Shown here: one piece after another, positions 25,431 to 38,357 of the stretch
How the letters are laid out: each line of letters starts with the position of its first letter
Numbering within the stretch: position 1 is the stretch's first letter
Assembly: GCA_000004695.1 (NCBI GenBank)
Contig: CM000151.3
Coordinates: 2,496,001-2,560,000, forward strand
Origin: Dictyostelium discoideum
Taxonomy: Eukaryota
Direction: 5' to 3'
DNA: 64,000 bases
Made by a program: the position numbers and the translations under genes
Notes under the pieces: generated by a model
The model's input: the letters and a program-made list of their open reading frames with translations, nothing else
Database searches by the model: none
Told to the model about the DNA's origin: nothing

Positions 25431-26302
25431 GTTTAAAAAATTTAATACAATTGAATAATAAAAATAAAACCGTTTAACAAACACCGCCGAAAAGACACAA
25501 GGACATTCCTTGAAGGTCTGATCACAGGTAAAAAAAAAAAAAAAAAAATATTGATTTAATTTTAAAACTGAAAAAAAAAATAACAATAAAAATAATAGTA
25601 TCTTTTTTTCAAAATGAATTTGAGGGATGTATCCTTAGCTCTTATTGTCTCTTCTCTTCTTTTGGATTTATTGATTGCCTAGATTCTTGGTCTTTGAATT
25701 CTATGTCTAATAGAGCTACAGAATTTGAGAAATTCGGTATGTGTAGGATTATAATCCTATAAATTACTGAATATTTGATTTAATAGTTAAAAAGTGATTA
25801 ATCAATATTAAAAAAAAAAAAATTATAATAAATGAAACATTTGAACATGTTACAATTGTTCCACCTTTTTTTCAAACTATTTAACAAAATTTACTTTTTT
25901 AATTTAATAAAATTGGTTTTGTTTATATTAAAAATAATTTTCCATCGATTTTTATTAAAAAAAAAAAAAAAAAAGAAAATCAAATTTTAAAACTAAAAAA
26001 AAAATATTATTTTTTAATTAAAATTTATTTTTAATATTGGTAAAGTCACCAGGGACTTGTTTTAAAATAATTAAAAATTTAGGATAATTTAAATAATAAT
26101 ATTTTAAAATTTTAATTTTAATATATTAATTTTTTTTTTTTAAAATTTTCTCTAGATATTTTTTTTTTTTTTTTTTTTTTTGATATTTTGTGATATTTTT
26201 AGATATTTTAGAATTTTTTTTTTGAAAAAAAAAAAAAAAAAAAAAACTATTTAAATCACACCCAAATTTTAATTATTTTTATTTTTATACATATTTTAAA
26301 AA

Positions 26303-27214
26303 ATGAATAAAATGAATAATATTTTTTTAATAATATCAAGTATTATTTTATCTATTGTTATTTTCGTCAGTGGTGAATGTGCCATTGATTTCTCATCAGA
26401 GATTTCAGTTGGAATTTCAGATTCTCAATGGTCATGTTTAGCTAGTAATAATCAAAGAGTTATAATTCAAGTGTGGTCAGGAGGTGGTCAATATAATTCA
26501 AATATTTCATCTGTTGTATCGGCAGCAGAACAAGCTGGTTTCGATAATATTGATCTTTATGCATTTTTATGTAGTGAATGTGATGGTAATTATCCAGCAT
26601 CAAGTGCAATTCAAAGTTTAGTTTCTAGTTTAAAATCCGATGGTATCAATTTCAATATGTTATGGATTGATGTTGAACAATGTGATGGTTGTTGGGGAGC
26701 AGAGAGTGATAATGCCGATTATGTTCAAGAAGCTGTTGAAACTGCACAAGGTCTTGGTGTTCTAGTAGGTGTATACAGTAGTGAAGGAGAATGGCCACAA
26801 ACTGTTGGTAATTTATCAACTCTAAGTCAATATCCACTTTGGTATGCTCATTATGATGATAATCCATCTTTTTCCGATACCGCTTTTTATGAATTTGGTG
26901 GTTGGACTTCACCAGCAATGAAACAATATATTGGCAATACAAATCAATGTGGTGTTAGTGTTGATTTAGATTTTTATGGATCTGGTAGTGGTTGTTCAAC
27001 ATCCTCTGGTAGTGCATCTGGTAGTGCTTCTGGTAGTGCATCTGGTAGTGCATCTGGTAGTAATAGTGGAAGCAGTAATAGTGGAAGTAGTAATAGTGGA
27101 AGTAGTAATAGTGGAAGTAATAGTGGAAGTAGTAATAGTGGAAGTGGTAATAGTGGAAGTAGTAATAGTGGAAGTGCAAGTGGAAGTGGTACAGGAAGTG
27201 GATCATCCATTTAA
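26303..27214 (+). CDS. Secreted GH25-family (Chalaropsis-type) lysozyme/muramidase-like protein with Ser/Gly-rich C-terminal tail (303 aa)
   Basis: Signal peptide. Collinear blocks with GH25 enzymes: ISDSQWSC / IDVSHWQG, LWIDVEQC / LDIEHN, VGVYSSEGEW / VVIYTTASWW, LWYAHYD / FWVAHWG, VSVDLDFYGS / VSGDVDRNKFNG. Confidence 0.65.
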   Translation: MNKMNNIFLIISSIILSIVIFVSGECAIDFSSEISVGISDSQWSCLASNNQRVIIQVWSGGGQYNSNISSVVSAAEQAGFDNIDLYAFLCSECDGNYPASSAIQSLVSSLKSDGINFNMLWIDVEQCDGCWGAESDNADYVQEAVETAQGLGVLVGVYSSEGEWPQTVGNLSTLSQYPLWYAHYDDNPSFSDTAFYEFGGWTSPAMKQYIGNTNQCGVSVDLDFYGSGSGCSTSSGSASGSASGSASGSASGSNSGSSNSGSSNSGSSNSGSNSGSSNSGSGNSGSSNSGSASGSGTGSGSSI

Positions 27215-27858
27215 AAAAATAAATAATTTTATTTCTTTTAAATAAAAATAAATAAATTTTTTAAATTTTAACATGTGATATACACGAATTACAAATTATA
27301 AAATACCTAAATTAACATATAATATTTGAGATTTTTTGAGTTTGTTTGAAAAAAACACCCAATCATTGATTTCACCAAGCCAAATATATTCTATTGATGA
27401 GTATATATTTGCTTGTAATGGGAATAATGATTCTATTCTATATTTACTTTCAACAAATTGGCTCAAATGTATAGCCATTCTCATAAATCATATAAATGGT
27501 GGGTTTTCAATATTGAAGAATGTTTATATTGAATATAGTTATTTAATACATAAAAAAAAAATAACCCCATAGACTATCTTGAGTACCTATCAGAACTTCT
27601 AAAACAATTCTTTGAGAAAAGATACATGTGGTGACCATTTTACATATCACCCCATTTAATACCTCTAAAAAATTCCAATGTCGTCCAAATTGCAAAATTC
27701 AAACAAGATTTGAATGCCAACATGGCAAACCTATGAATCCTAGTTGTTTTGAAGTTTATCATAAAGTACCCTAAAAAAAAATAAAAAAATATATATAAAA
27801 AAAAAAAAAAAAAAAATTTGAAATTTAATTTTATTTTTTATTTTTATTATTTTTTTTT

Positions 27859-29657
<1,799 letters not shown>

Positions 29658-29765
29658 CTATATAAATTAAATTAAATTAAATTAAATTAAATTAAATAAT
29701 AATAATAATTTTTTAAAAAAATAAGTAAATAAATTAATTTTTGAAAATTGATTATTATTAATTTA

Positions 29766-29804
<39 letters not shown>

Positions 29805-29812
29805 AAACTTAC

Positions 29813-30131
29813 TTGTTGAATTTGTAAAAGGTGAATGTAAAATTGTAGCAGATGATGGTAAATCAAAATCAATTAATTGTGGTGTTATTATAGGAGTAGT
29901 TTTATTATTATTATCTATTGTTGTTGGTGGTGGTGGTGGTGATGGTAATGGTGATATTAATTCAACATCAATTATGGGAATAGGAGTTGGAGTTGGTATA
30001 TCTGTACAATCTTCATTATTACCCTCTGTTTCTCTTATTTTAATAATATTATTATCTCCACTACTAATATTATCCTTTGGTTCATTATTAATTTCATTTA
30101 TAATTTTTTGTTTCTCCTTATTGATAGACAT
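29813..30131 (-). CDS. TraB-family protein, exon 1 of 2 (ends ...FTNST + 1 nt; donor GTAAGT at 29812-29807)
   Basis: ATG at 30131. Phase-1 exon that splices in frame to 29657. Intron 29658-29812 is AT-rich. Confidence 0.6.
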
Positions 30132-30699
30132 TTGATCATCATCTAAAGATTCTTCTGTTTGAATTAATGAATTTATTATTATATGATTAATTTTATATAT
30201 ATATAATTGAACTAAATAATTTATTTAGCTGTTTTTAAGAATAAAGAAAAAAAACAATAACAACAAAAAAAAAAAATAAAAAAATAAAAAAATAATAATA
30301 AAAAAAAAAAAAAAAAAAATTAAAAAAATAAAAAAATAAAAAAAAAAAAAAAGAAGGTGGATTTAATTTTTAATTTAAAAAAAAAGAAAAAAAAAAAAAA
30401 AAATAAAATAAAAAAAATGGATTTATCTGTAAAAAAAAAAAAAAGAATAAATAAAAAAAAATATAAATATTAAAATTTATTATTATTATTATTATTATTT
30501 ATTATATTATTTTATAGTAATTTTATAATATCAAGATATAGTAATAATAAAATTAAAAAAATAACATTTATCTATCCTCTTTTTTGTTTTGTGTGTGTTT
30601 AAAAAGTTAAATTTATTTTATTTTAAAAAAAAAAAAAAAAAAAAAAATATTAATTATCATTTTTATTATTACTTTTTTTAATTAATTATTTTTAATTTT

Positions 30700-30805
30700 T
30701 TATTGTTGTTGTTTAAACCAATCCAAATCATAAACTAAATCCATTGGACTCCACCATTCACCTAATTGATTTTCTGGAATATCAGATATTTTTTGTTGAA
30801 ATTTT
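30700..30805 (-). CDS. RhaM-like protein, exon 3 of 3 (..KFQQKISDIPENQLGEWWSPMDLVYDLDWFKQQQ*)
   Basis: Acceptor AG at 30807/30806. Stop at 30700-30702. Confidence 0.45.
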
Positions 30806-30923
30806 CTTTTTTTTAAAAATAAAAAATATAAATTTTATACAACATTAATAAAAAAAATAATATTTAATAAATATTATAGGAATAAAAAAAAAAAAAAAAA
30901 AAAAAAAAAAGATCTAAATTTAC

Positions 30924-31048
30924 CTCATTAAGTTATCCCATTCATTTGCTTTTGGTGTTAATTCTGTATATTTTTGGAAATCAATTTTTGGATCAAAATC
31001 AGCTCTTGCTTCATAATACATAAAAAGATGGGTTCCAAGTAAAAAAAT
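30924..31048 (-). CDS. RhaM-like protein, exon 2 of 3 (IFLLGTHLFMYYEARADFDPKIDFQKYTELTPKANEWDNLM)
   Basis: Acceptor AG at 31050/31049, donor GTAAAT at 30923. Frame continuous with exons 1 and 3. Confidence 0.5.
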
Positions 31049-31170
31049 CTAAATTTAGAAAAAAAAAAAAAAAAAAAAAAATTAGAAAATAAATTTTTAT
31101 GGATAATTAAATTAAAAATAATAAATAATAAATAATAAATGAAATCAATTATTATAATTGTAAAATTTAC

Positions 31171-31317
31171 CTTCATTTTTTTAATTCCTATTGAGCATAA
31201 TGCTTCATTTACTTCTTTCCAAACATTTTTATGATATTTCTTATATTCTTCAATTAATTCTTTATCATTAACTAAATCTAATGCCTGTGCATATGATTTA
31301 TAATCACAACTATCCAT
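31171..31317 (-). CDS. L-rhamnose mutarotase-like (RhaM/DUF718) protein, exon 1 of 3
   Basis: YKKYHKNVWKEVNEALCSIGIKKMK resembles RhaM [21 protein letters not shown]. Donor GTAAAT at 31170. Confidence 0.5.
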
Positions 31318-32419
31318 TTTAAATTTTATTTTAAATAATTGATTAAAAAAAAAAAAAAGTACAAAGTATTATTTAATTATTAAAAAAAAAAATTCAAAAA
31401 AAAAAAAAAAAAAAAAGTGAAAAAAATAAAAAAAAAAAAATAAAAAATAAAAAAAAAAAAAATAAAAATAACAAAAGTATAATTCATTAATTAAAAAAAA
31501 GATGTTTCTGATAGAATCAACTCTTTTTTAATTCTTTCAATAAAAAAAAAAAAAAAAAAATATAAAAATAAAAAAAAAATTTGTTCTTATTATTCTAATT
31601 TGGAAATTAATTAAATAACAATGAAAAAAAAAATTTTTACTTTTTTTTTAGTTTTTTAGTTTTAATTTTTTAAATGAAATCATCTTCTCAAAATGCCATA
31701 GTGTATAGATAAATCTATCCTTTCTCTTACATTTGATTGGTGTTGGTTCATTTTATTATTTTGAAAATAATATTTATATGATCTTTATGATATAGTGCAT
31801 AGATAAATCTTTCCTTTCTCTATCATTTGATTAGTATTGATTCATATAATATTATTATCAAGATTATAATTGTTATAATGAAAAACATTTTTTCTTTTTT
31901 TTTTTTTTCAATAAAATAAAAAAAAAAATTTTAAGTTAGATTAATAGTTACTTTACCTTTTTCTTTTTTAATTTAAATAATCAATCAACTTTTATCTAAA
32001 CCTTTTTAAAAAGAGTCAGGTTTACTTTTTTTTTCTATTTGCTATTTTTTATTTTTTTTACATTTGTTTGAGTGATTATTTTTTTTTTTATTTTCAAAAA
32101 AGTTTATTCTTTTTATACTCGATCATTTTTCAATTTTAAAAATTATTTGAAATTTTAAAAAGGAATTTTTACTATTTTAAGTAAAATCCAATAGCCAAAA
32201 AGAAAATTCCCTAATCTGAAAATATTCAAAATAGGAAAATCGTAAAAGGGGTATTATTTTAATATAATCTTAGTTTTTTCCTTATTTTAACAATTGTTAT
32301 TTTAATCTTTTTTTTTATTCTCTTTATTTATTTTTTTTTATTTACAAACAATTTTAAAATAATGGTTAATTTAGTTTTTTTTTTATTTTTTTTTTTTTTT
32401 TTTTGTTAAAAAATTAAAA

Positions 32420-32698
32420 TTAATTAAATTCTACTTCTTGAATGAATGGAACTTCATTTGGTTTATAAAAATTTGATGGTATATTGAAAGGAATATTTCT
32501 CACCCAATCAGGTAAAGTGAAATCATTTAATGATGGATTTGGATTCAATAATAAAACACCAATTTCAAAATTTGAAATTGATACTTGACTTTCATTCTTT
32601 TGGAAAGCACCCCAAGCTGATAAAGAAAAATTATGACTACCAGTATATACCCAATCATATTTTATTCTATCATCATTATTATTATAATTATTATTATT

Positions 32699-32738
<40 letters not shown>

Positions 32739-33216
32739 AAGGTAGTTGTACCAACCATAATTTTACTATGATGAACTAAATCTTTACGATAAAAATATTT
32801 TGAAGAAAAATGACTAAAAGATGAATTATCATTATCATAGTTTTTAACTGATAAAAATAAACAACCTGAAGTCATAGCTCTAATTGGATTACCTCTTATC
32901 CAATTTTTAGTTGGAAAAATAATATGTAATGGCTTGTCACTCAATACACTTTTATTTCTTTTTTGATTATTTGAATTTTGATTTTGATTATTGCATAGTA
33001 CGTAATTTGTAAAAACATTTCTAAAATCACTTCTATCACCACCTAAAGATGATGTTTGACAATATAAATCCTTTACATATTTATATGGAGGTGATTGATT
33101 TTCATTTACTACTGTATTATTTTCTTGATCCTTGTAATATTGATTTAAATATTTTTGTAATGTATAAATACCACTACCAAAACTTGAACTTGTTTTATCA
33201 ACATTTTCATCATTAC

Positions 33217-33279
<63 letters not shown>

Positions 33280-33509
33280 TTGATTTTTCTAATTTATAAA
33301 TTCCTGGGATTGATGTTATTAATTTAACTGCACAATTTGAATAATCAAAATCATCCAAAAAAGCAAACTCTTCAACACCAGAACTTTTTAAAAAGTGTTT
33401 TAAACCATTTAAAAATTCAATACCCAATTCATTATTTGAATTTGAATTTGAATTATTTGTTGCAGTTGCAGTTGTAGTAGTAGTAGTAGTTGTTGTTGTG
33501 GTTGTTGTT

Positions 33510-33586
<77 letters not shown>

Positions 33587-34075
33587 GTTTGGTTGTTTTT
33601 TTAAAAAATCTTGAAACCAAATTGTTTGACCCCAACCTGAATAATCAAATTTTGTTGGATTTGAAGATGGTATTACAACTCTAACTAAATCAACAAACGT
33701 GAAAATCATTAATTTTGAATGATATAGTTGATAATTAAATAATGGTGGATTAATAACTGTAATGAAATCATTAATAGCATGGCGACCTTTTGTTTCAGGT
33801 TTACTATAATTCTTTACAAATGTAAATTTAACTTTGTTACCATGTTCTTTTCGTATCTCTTTTATTACCCATTCTGGATCAAGTGCAAATCCACTTACCA
33901 ATGCTCCAACCATTCCCGGTTTCTTTATTAAATCTTTAAATGATAATGTATTAATTGTACAAATTCTAGGTTGTTCATTTGTTGAATTTAAATAAAATGA
34001 ATTTGGTTTAAATTTATAATTCTCATTTTTATCAATTAAAACTCCACCAATAATTGTACCACTCTCTTTTTTATC

Positions 34076-34110
<35 letters not shown>

Positions 34111-34115
34111 TATTA

Positions 34116-34197
<82 letters not shown>

Positions 34198-34624
34198 AAT
34201 TATTGTTAAAATTATTATATGATGATGATGATTTTTTATTTGAATAAAATTGATTTCTATCAATTGAATTTTCAAGTAAAGGTGGTGAAGAATTATTTTT
34301 ATTTCTAATCATTGATAATATATGTGAACGATTATTATTATTATTATTTCCGATAGTAGTTGTACCTAAAGAAAATGCTATTGCTTTTTGAAGATCTTCA
34401 TCTTCTGTATCATCATCATCACTAATTTCAATAACTTCTTTTCTATTATTAATATTAAATTTACTTGCTTTTGATTTAAATCTTTTACATGATTCAAATC
34501 TACTATTATGTCTGAATTTTCCTTTATTCCTCTCTGAATCTGAATCAGATTCTGATTCCGTTTCTGAATCAGTATCAGATATTATTTCTTGAATATCATT
34601 TTCTTCTTGGTTATGATTTAACAT
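32420..34624 (-). CDS. tdp1: Tyrosyl-DNA phosphodiesterase 1 (TDP1) homolog, 734 aa, with N-terminal ubiquitin-interacting-motif-like EDEDLQKAIAFSL and long poly-N/poly-T inserts
   Basis: Two HKN motifs of the PLD superfamily in TDP1 context: YHSKLMIFTFVDLVRVVIPSSNP and YTGSHNFSLSAWG. Confidence 0.75.
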
Positions 34625-35334
34625 TTGATGAATTTTTGAAAATTTTGAAATTATTAATAATACTGTTAATGTGCCAAATTTTTTTTTTTTTTGGGTGAAT
34701 GTGAAAAAATAAAAAATAAATAATAAAAAAATAAGAGTGTGAGTGTGAAAAAATAAAAAATAAATAATAAAAAAATAATAAAAAAAATAATGAATAACAA
34801 AATAAAAAATAAAAATAAAAATAAAAATAAAAATAAATTAAAAAAATTAAAAAAAAAAAAAAAAAAATAAAAAATAAAAAAAAAAAAAAAATGAATAAAA
34901 ATGAAAGTGATAAAATAAATAAAAAAAAAAAAAATGAATAAAAAAAGAATTTCAAAGTGATAAAAATAAAAAAAACAATTAAATTCATTCAAAAGTATCA
35001 TTTTATTATAAAACAAACTTAAAATGGATTATTTAAGAAATTAAAATATTGTTTTATTAAAAATGACTGGAATTGGAAAAATTTTTAAATAAAAAATATT
35101 TAAAATAATAAATTAATAATTTATATTAATAAAGTAATTATAAAATAAATTATAAAATAAATAGAAAATTTATTAATTTAAGAAAATATGTCAACTTATC
35201 TTTTTTAAATATAAATTGATAAAAAAAATAAAAAAAAATTAAAAAAATAATTTTATTAATAATAATTATAATATTAAAATATAATTACAAATAAATAAAT
35301 ACAAATAAATTAAATATAAATATAAACAAATAAA

Positions 35335-36417
35335 ATGATTAAAAAATATTTTTTTATTTTAATAATTTTAATAATAATTTTAATTATTAATTGCCAAGAA
35401 TTATGTGATTGTAATTTAGATTGTGATGATTGTGATCAATGTACAACAGATTTATGTATTCAAGGATGTTGCACCCATATTGAAATAAATTGTGATGATG
35501 GTAATCATTGTACTACTGATGGTTGTTCAATTGAAACTGGATGTACACATATCAATATTGAATGTAATGATGGTGATGCTTGTACCATTGATGGTTGTTC
35601 AAAATCTAGTGGTTGTTTTTATTCCCCAATTTCATGTGATGATGGTAATGCTTGTACCAATGATGGTTGTTTAAAAGAAACTGGTTGTTGTACCCATACA
35701 AATGTAGAATGTTGTGATGGTAATGCTTGTACTGTTGATTCTTGTTTACCTTCAACTGGTGAATGTTGTTATTCTCCAATTTCTTGTGATGATATTAATC
35801 AATGTACCACTGATACTTGTTCAAATTCAACTGGTGCTTGTTGTAATTTACCAATTTCATGTGATGATAATAATCAATGTACCACTGATTCATGTTTAGA
35901 GTCTACTGGTTGTTGTCATAATGAAATAACTTGTGATGATGGTAATCAATGTACTTTTGATTCTTGTTCGCCTTCAACTGGCTGTTGTCATAATCAAATA
36001 ACCTGTGATGATGGTAATCAATGTACTACCGATTCTTGTTCAATTGAAACTGGTTGTTGTAATTCTCCAATTTCTTGTGACGATGGTAATCAATGTACTA
36101 CCGATTCTTGTTCCCCTTCAACTGGTTGTTGTCATAATCAAATTAGTTGTGATGATGGTAATCAATGTACTGCAGATTCTTGTTCAATGGAAACTGGTTG
36201 TTGTCATTCACCAATTTCATGTGATGATGGTAATGCTTGCACTATAGATTCTTGTTCTCCAACAACTGGTTGTTGTCATTCTCCAATTTCTTGTGATGAT
36301 GGTAATGATTGTACAATTGATTCTTGCTCTCCAAAAACTGGTTGTTGTCACACCCCTTTGGAATTAACAGAACCAATTCAATTACATTATGTATATCAAG
36401 ATATCAATGATTATTAA
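35335..36417 (+). CDS. Secreted cysteine-rich protein made of ~13 tandem 24-aa Dicty_CTDC repeats (C.DGNQCTTDSCS..TGCC), the repeat type found in extracellular matrix (prestalk) proteins
   Basis: Signal peptide. 72-bp periodicity at DNA level. Repeat consensus matches the Dictyostelium CTDC repeat. Confidence 0.75.
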   Translation: MIKKYFFILIILIIILIINCQELCDCNLDCDDCDQCTTDLCIQGCCTHIEINCDDGNHCTTDGCSIETGCTHINIECNDGDACTIDGCSKSSGCFYSPISCDDGNACTNDGCLKETGCCTHTNVECCDGNACTVDSCLPSTGECCYSPISCDDINQCTTDTCSNSTGACCNLPISCDDNNQCTTDSCLESTGCCHNEITCDDGNQCTFDSCSPSTGCCHNQITCDDGNQCTTDSCSIETGCCNSPISCDDGNQCTTDSCSPSTGCCHNQISCDDGNQCTADSCSMETGCCHSPISCDDGNACTIDSCSPTTGCCHSPISCDDGNDCTIDSCSPKTGCCHTPLELTEPIQLHYVYQDINDY

Positions 36418-36741
36418 AAATCTATAAATATATTTTATAAAAAAAAAAAAAACAATGGAAATTTTAAATTTGAAAAAAAAATAAAAAAAAAAAAAAGATA
36501 TTTTCCTATTTTTAGAATAGTCAGTTGGTTTAATTTTTTTTAATTTTTAATTTTTTTTGATTTTTAATTTTTTTTTTTTTTGATTTTTTTTTTTTTTTTT
36601 TTATAATTTTTTTTTTGGCATGCAAATATTTTTTTTTTTTTATAAAAAAACTTTTTTCTCCTTTATTTTTTTTTTTTTGTTTTATTTTTTTTTTTTATTT
36701 TTTTTCTCCAATTTTAATTCATTAAAACCTTATTTTTAAAT

Positions 36742-36778
36742 ATGGTTAGATTATTTAGAAGTGGATCAAACCCAAAAG
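36742..36778 (+). CDS. Ste20-family (GCK/MST/PAK-like) Ser/Thr protein kinase, exon 1 of 2 (MVRLFRSGSNPK + 1 nt)
   Basis: ATG then donor GTAAAT at 36779. Phase-1 junction gives ..K-E-IDIS.. in frame with exon 2. Confidence 0.55.
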
Positions 36779-36894
36779 GTAAATTATAATCTAAAATTTT
36801 TTTTTAATTTTTTTTTCAATTTTTTTTTTTTTTTTTTTTTTTATTATTAACTTTTTTTTTTTTTTTAATTTTTTATTTTTTTAATTATTTAAAG

Positions 36895-38357
36895 AAATTG
36901 ATATATCACAACCAAATTCATTAGTACATAAAGTTCATGTTGATTTAGATTTAAATTGGAGTTCAGGAGGTGAAACATCATTTGAAATTCAAGAGAAATT
37001 AGGAGAAGGATCATTTGGATCAGTTTATAGAGCAATTCATAAATCATCAAATACATCGATTGCAATTAAAGAATTTGAAATTTTCGAAGCAAATGATGTT
37101 GAACCAATTAGTAAAGAGATTCAAATTCTAAAGAAATGTAATAATCCATATGTTGTTAGTTATTTTGGATCGATAATGTTAAAGAATAAATATTGGATCT
37201 TGATGGATTATTGTTCACTTTCCTCTTTTAATGATATTATGCAATCGATTGGTAAAACTTTTAAAGAGAAAGAGATCTCATTGATTCTTCAACAATCATT
37301 ATTGGGTTTGGTTTATTTACATTCTAAACAAATCATACATCGTGATATTAAATCGGCAAATATTCTATTGGATGAAACTGGTCAAGTGAAAATCGCAGAT
37401 TTTGGCGTCTCTCAACAAATCCAATCCACTTTTTCCAAAGGTTCAATCGCAGGTACGCCCTATTGGATGGCACCTGAAATTCTAAATCAAACCGATTACA
37501 ATAATAAAATCGATGTTTGGTCATTAGGTATAGTTGCCATTGAATTGGCCGATGGTGAACCACCACTTTCCGAGGTTAATCCAATGAGAGCCATGTATAT
37601 GATTGGTAGAAGACCTCCACCAACTTTTAAAGATCCAAAGAAATGGTCACCAGAGTTTGTATCATTCGTTGATAAATGTTTAACTAAAGATATCAATGAA
37701 AGATGGTCACCTTCTCAATTATTAGATCATCCTTTTATTAAAAGTGCAAAACCAGATGCATTAAAAGAATTAACTCAAATGGCTATAAAATTAAAATCAA
37801 AAAAAAGAAAATCAATTGGTCCTTCAGTTTCACCAAAACAACAACCAAATGATAATAATAATAATAATAATAATAATAAACCACAATTTTTAAGTAAATT
37901 ATTAAATAATAACTCAAATAGTAGTAATGATATTGGTGAAACTACTTCTGGTTCTGTAATTTATAAACCAAATGTTTTCAGTGGTTCAATTGATACTGGT
38001 TCAGTCGTAATTCATAATACAATCACTAGTAATAACAATGACTCTGGTTCAGTAGTTTTAAATTCAAATACTGTAATTAATAGATCAAAACCATTACCAC
38101 CACCACCTTCTTATGAATCTGTAATTTTAAATGATAAATTAAAACAACAACAACAACAACAACAACAAAGCAATCAACAAACAACAACAACTACTACTAA
38201 ACAAAATACTATTAAAAATAAATTCAATACAATTAGCAATACTATTAAATGTAATACTATTTTAGTTCAAGATAAAACTTTAGAAATTATTCAAAAGACG
38301 CCAATGAAAAATTTAGATGAAAGAAATCAAAAGTATGTTTTATTAAACTATATATAA
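36895..38357 (+). CDS. Ste20-family protein kinase, exon 2 of 2: kinase domain and S/N/T-rich C-terminal tail (total 499 aa)
   Basis: LGEGSFGSVYRA, AIK, HRDIKSANILL, DFGVS, GTPYWMAPE, DVWSLGI motifs. Open frame extends upstream of the track ORF start (37176) to the acceptor at 36893-36894. Confidence 0.75.

Larger units (their letters stand above)
20767..25547 (+). mobile_element. TRE3-type tRNA-gene-targeted non-LTR retrotransposon, near full length (4.8 kb): 5'UTR, ORF1, ORF2 (APE endonuclease + RT + Cys/His tail), internal A59 tract, 3' module, A18 tail. Inserted 81 bp downstream of tRNAi-Met copy B and flanked by a 20-bp TSD ATATTGATTTAATTTTAAAA
   Basis: TSD copies at 20747-20766 and 25548-25567. 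ORF1 stop and ORF2 start overlap as TAATG. ORF2 has an N-terminal endonuclease domain (LLWNCRG...) and RT motifs (LLNTDYKI, FVPNRF, YDFNKAFDSI, FADD). Position downstream of a tRNA gene matches established TRE3 behaviour. Confidence 0.8.

Noticed and set aside
34611-35016. ORFs 34611-34988 and 34666-35016 (minus) upstream of TDP1
   Set aside because: Poly-Phe/Ile translations of A-rich promoter DNA, not genes.
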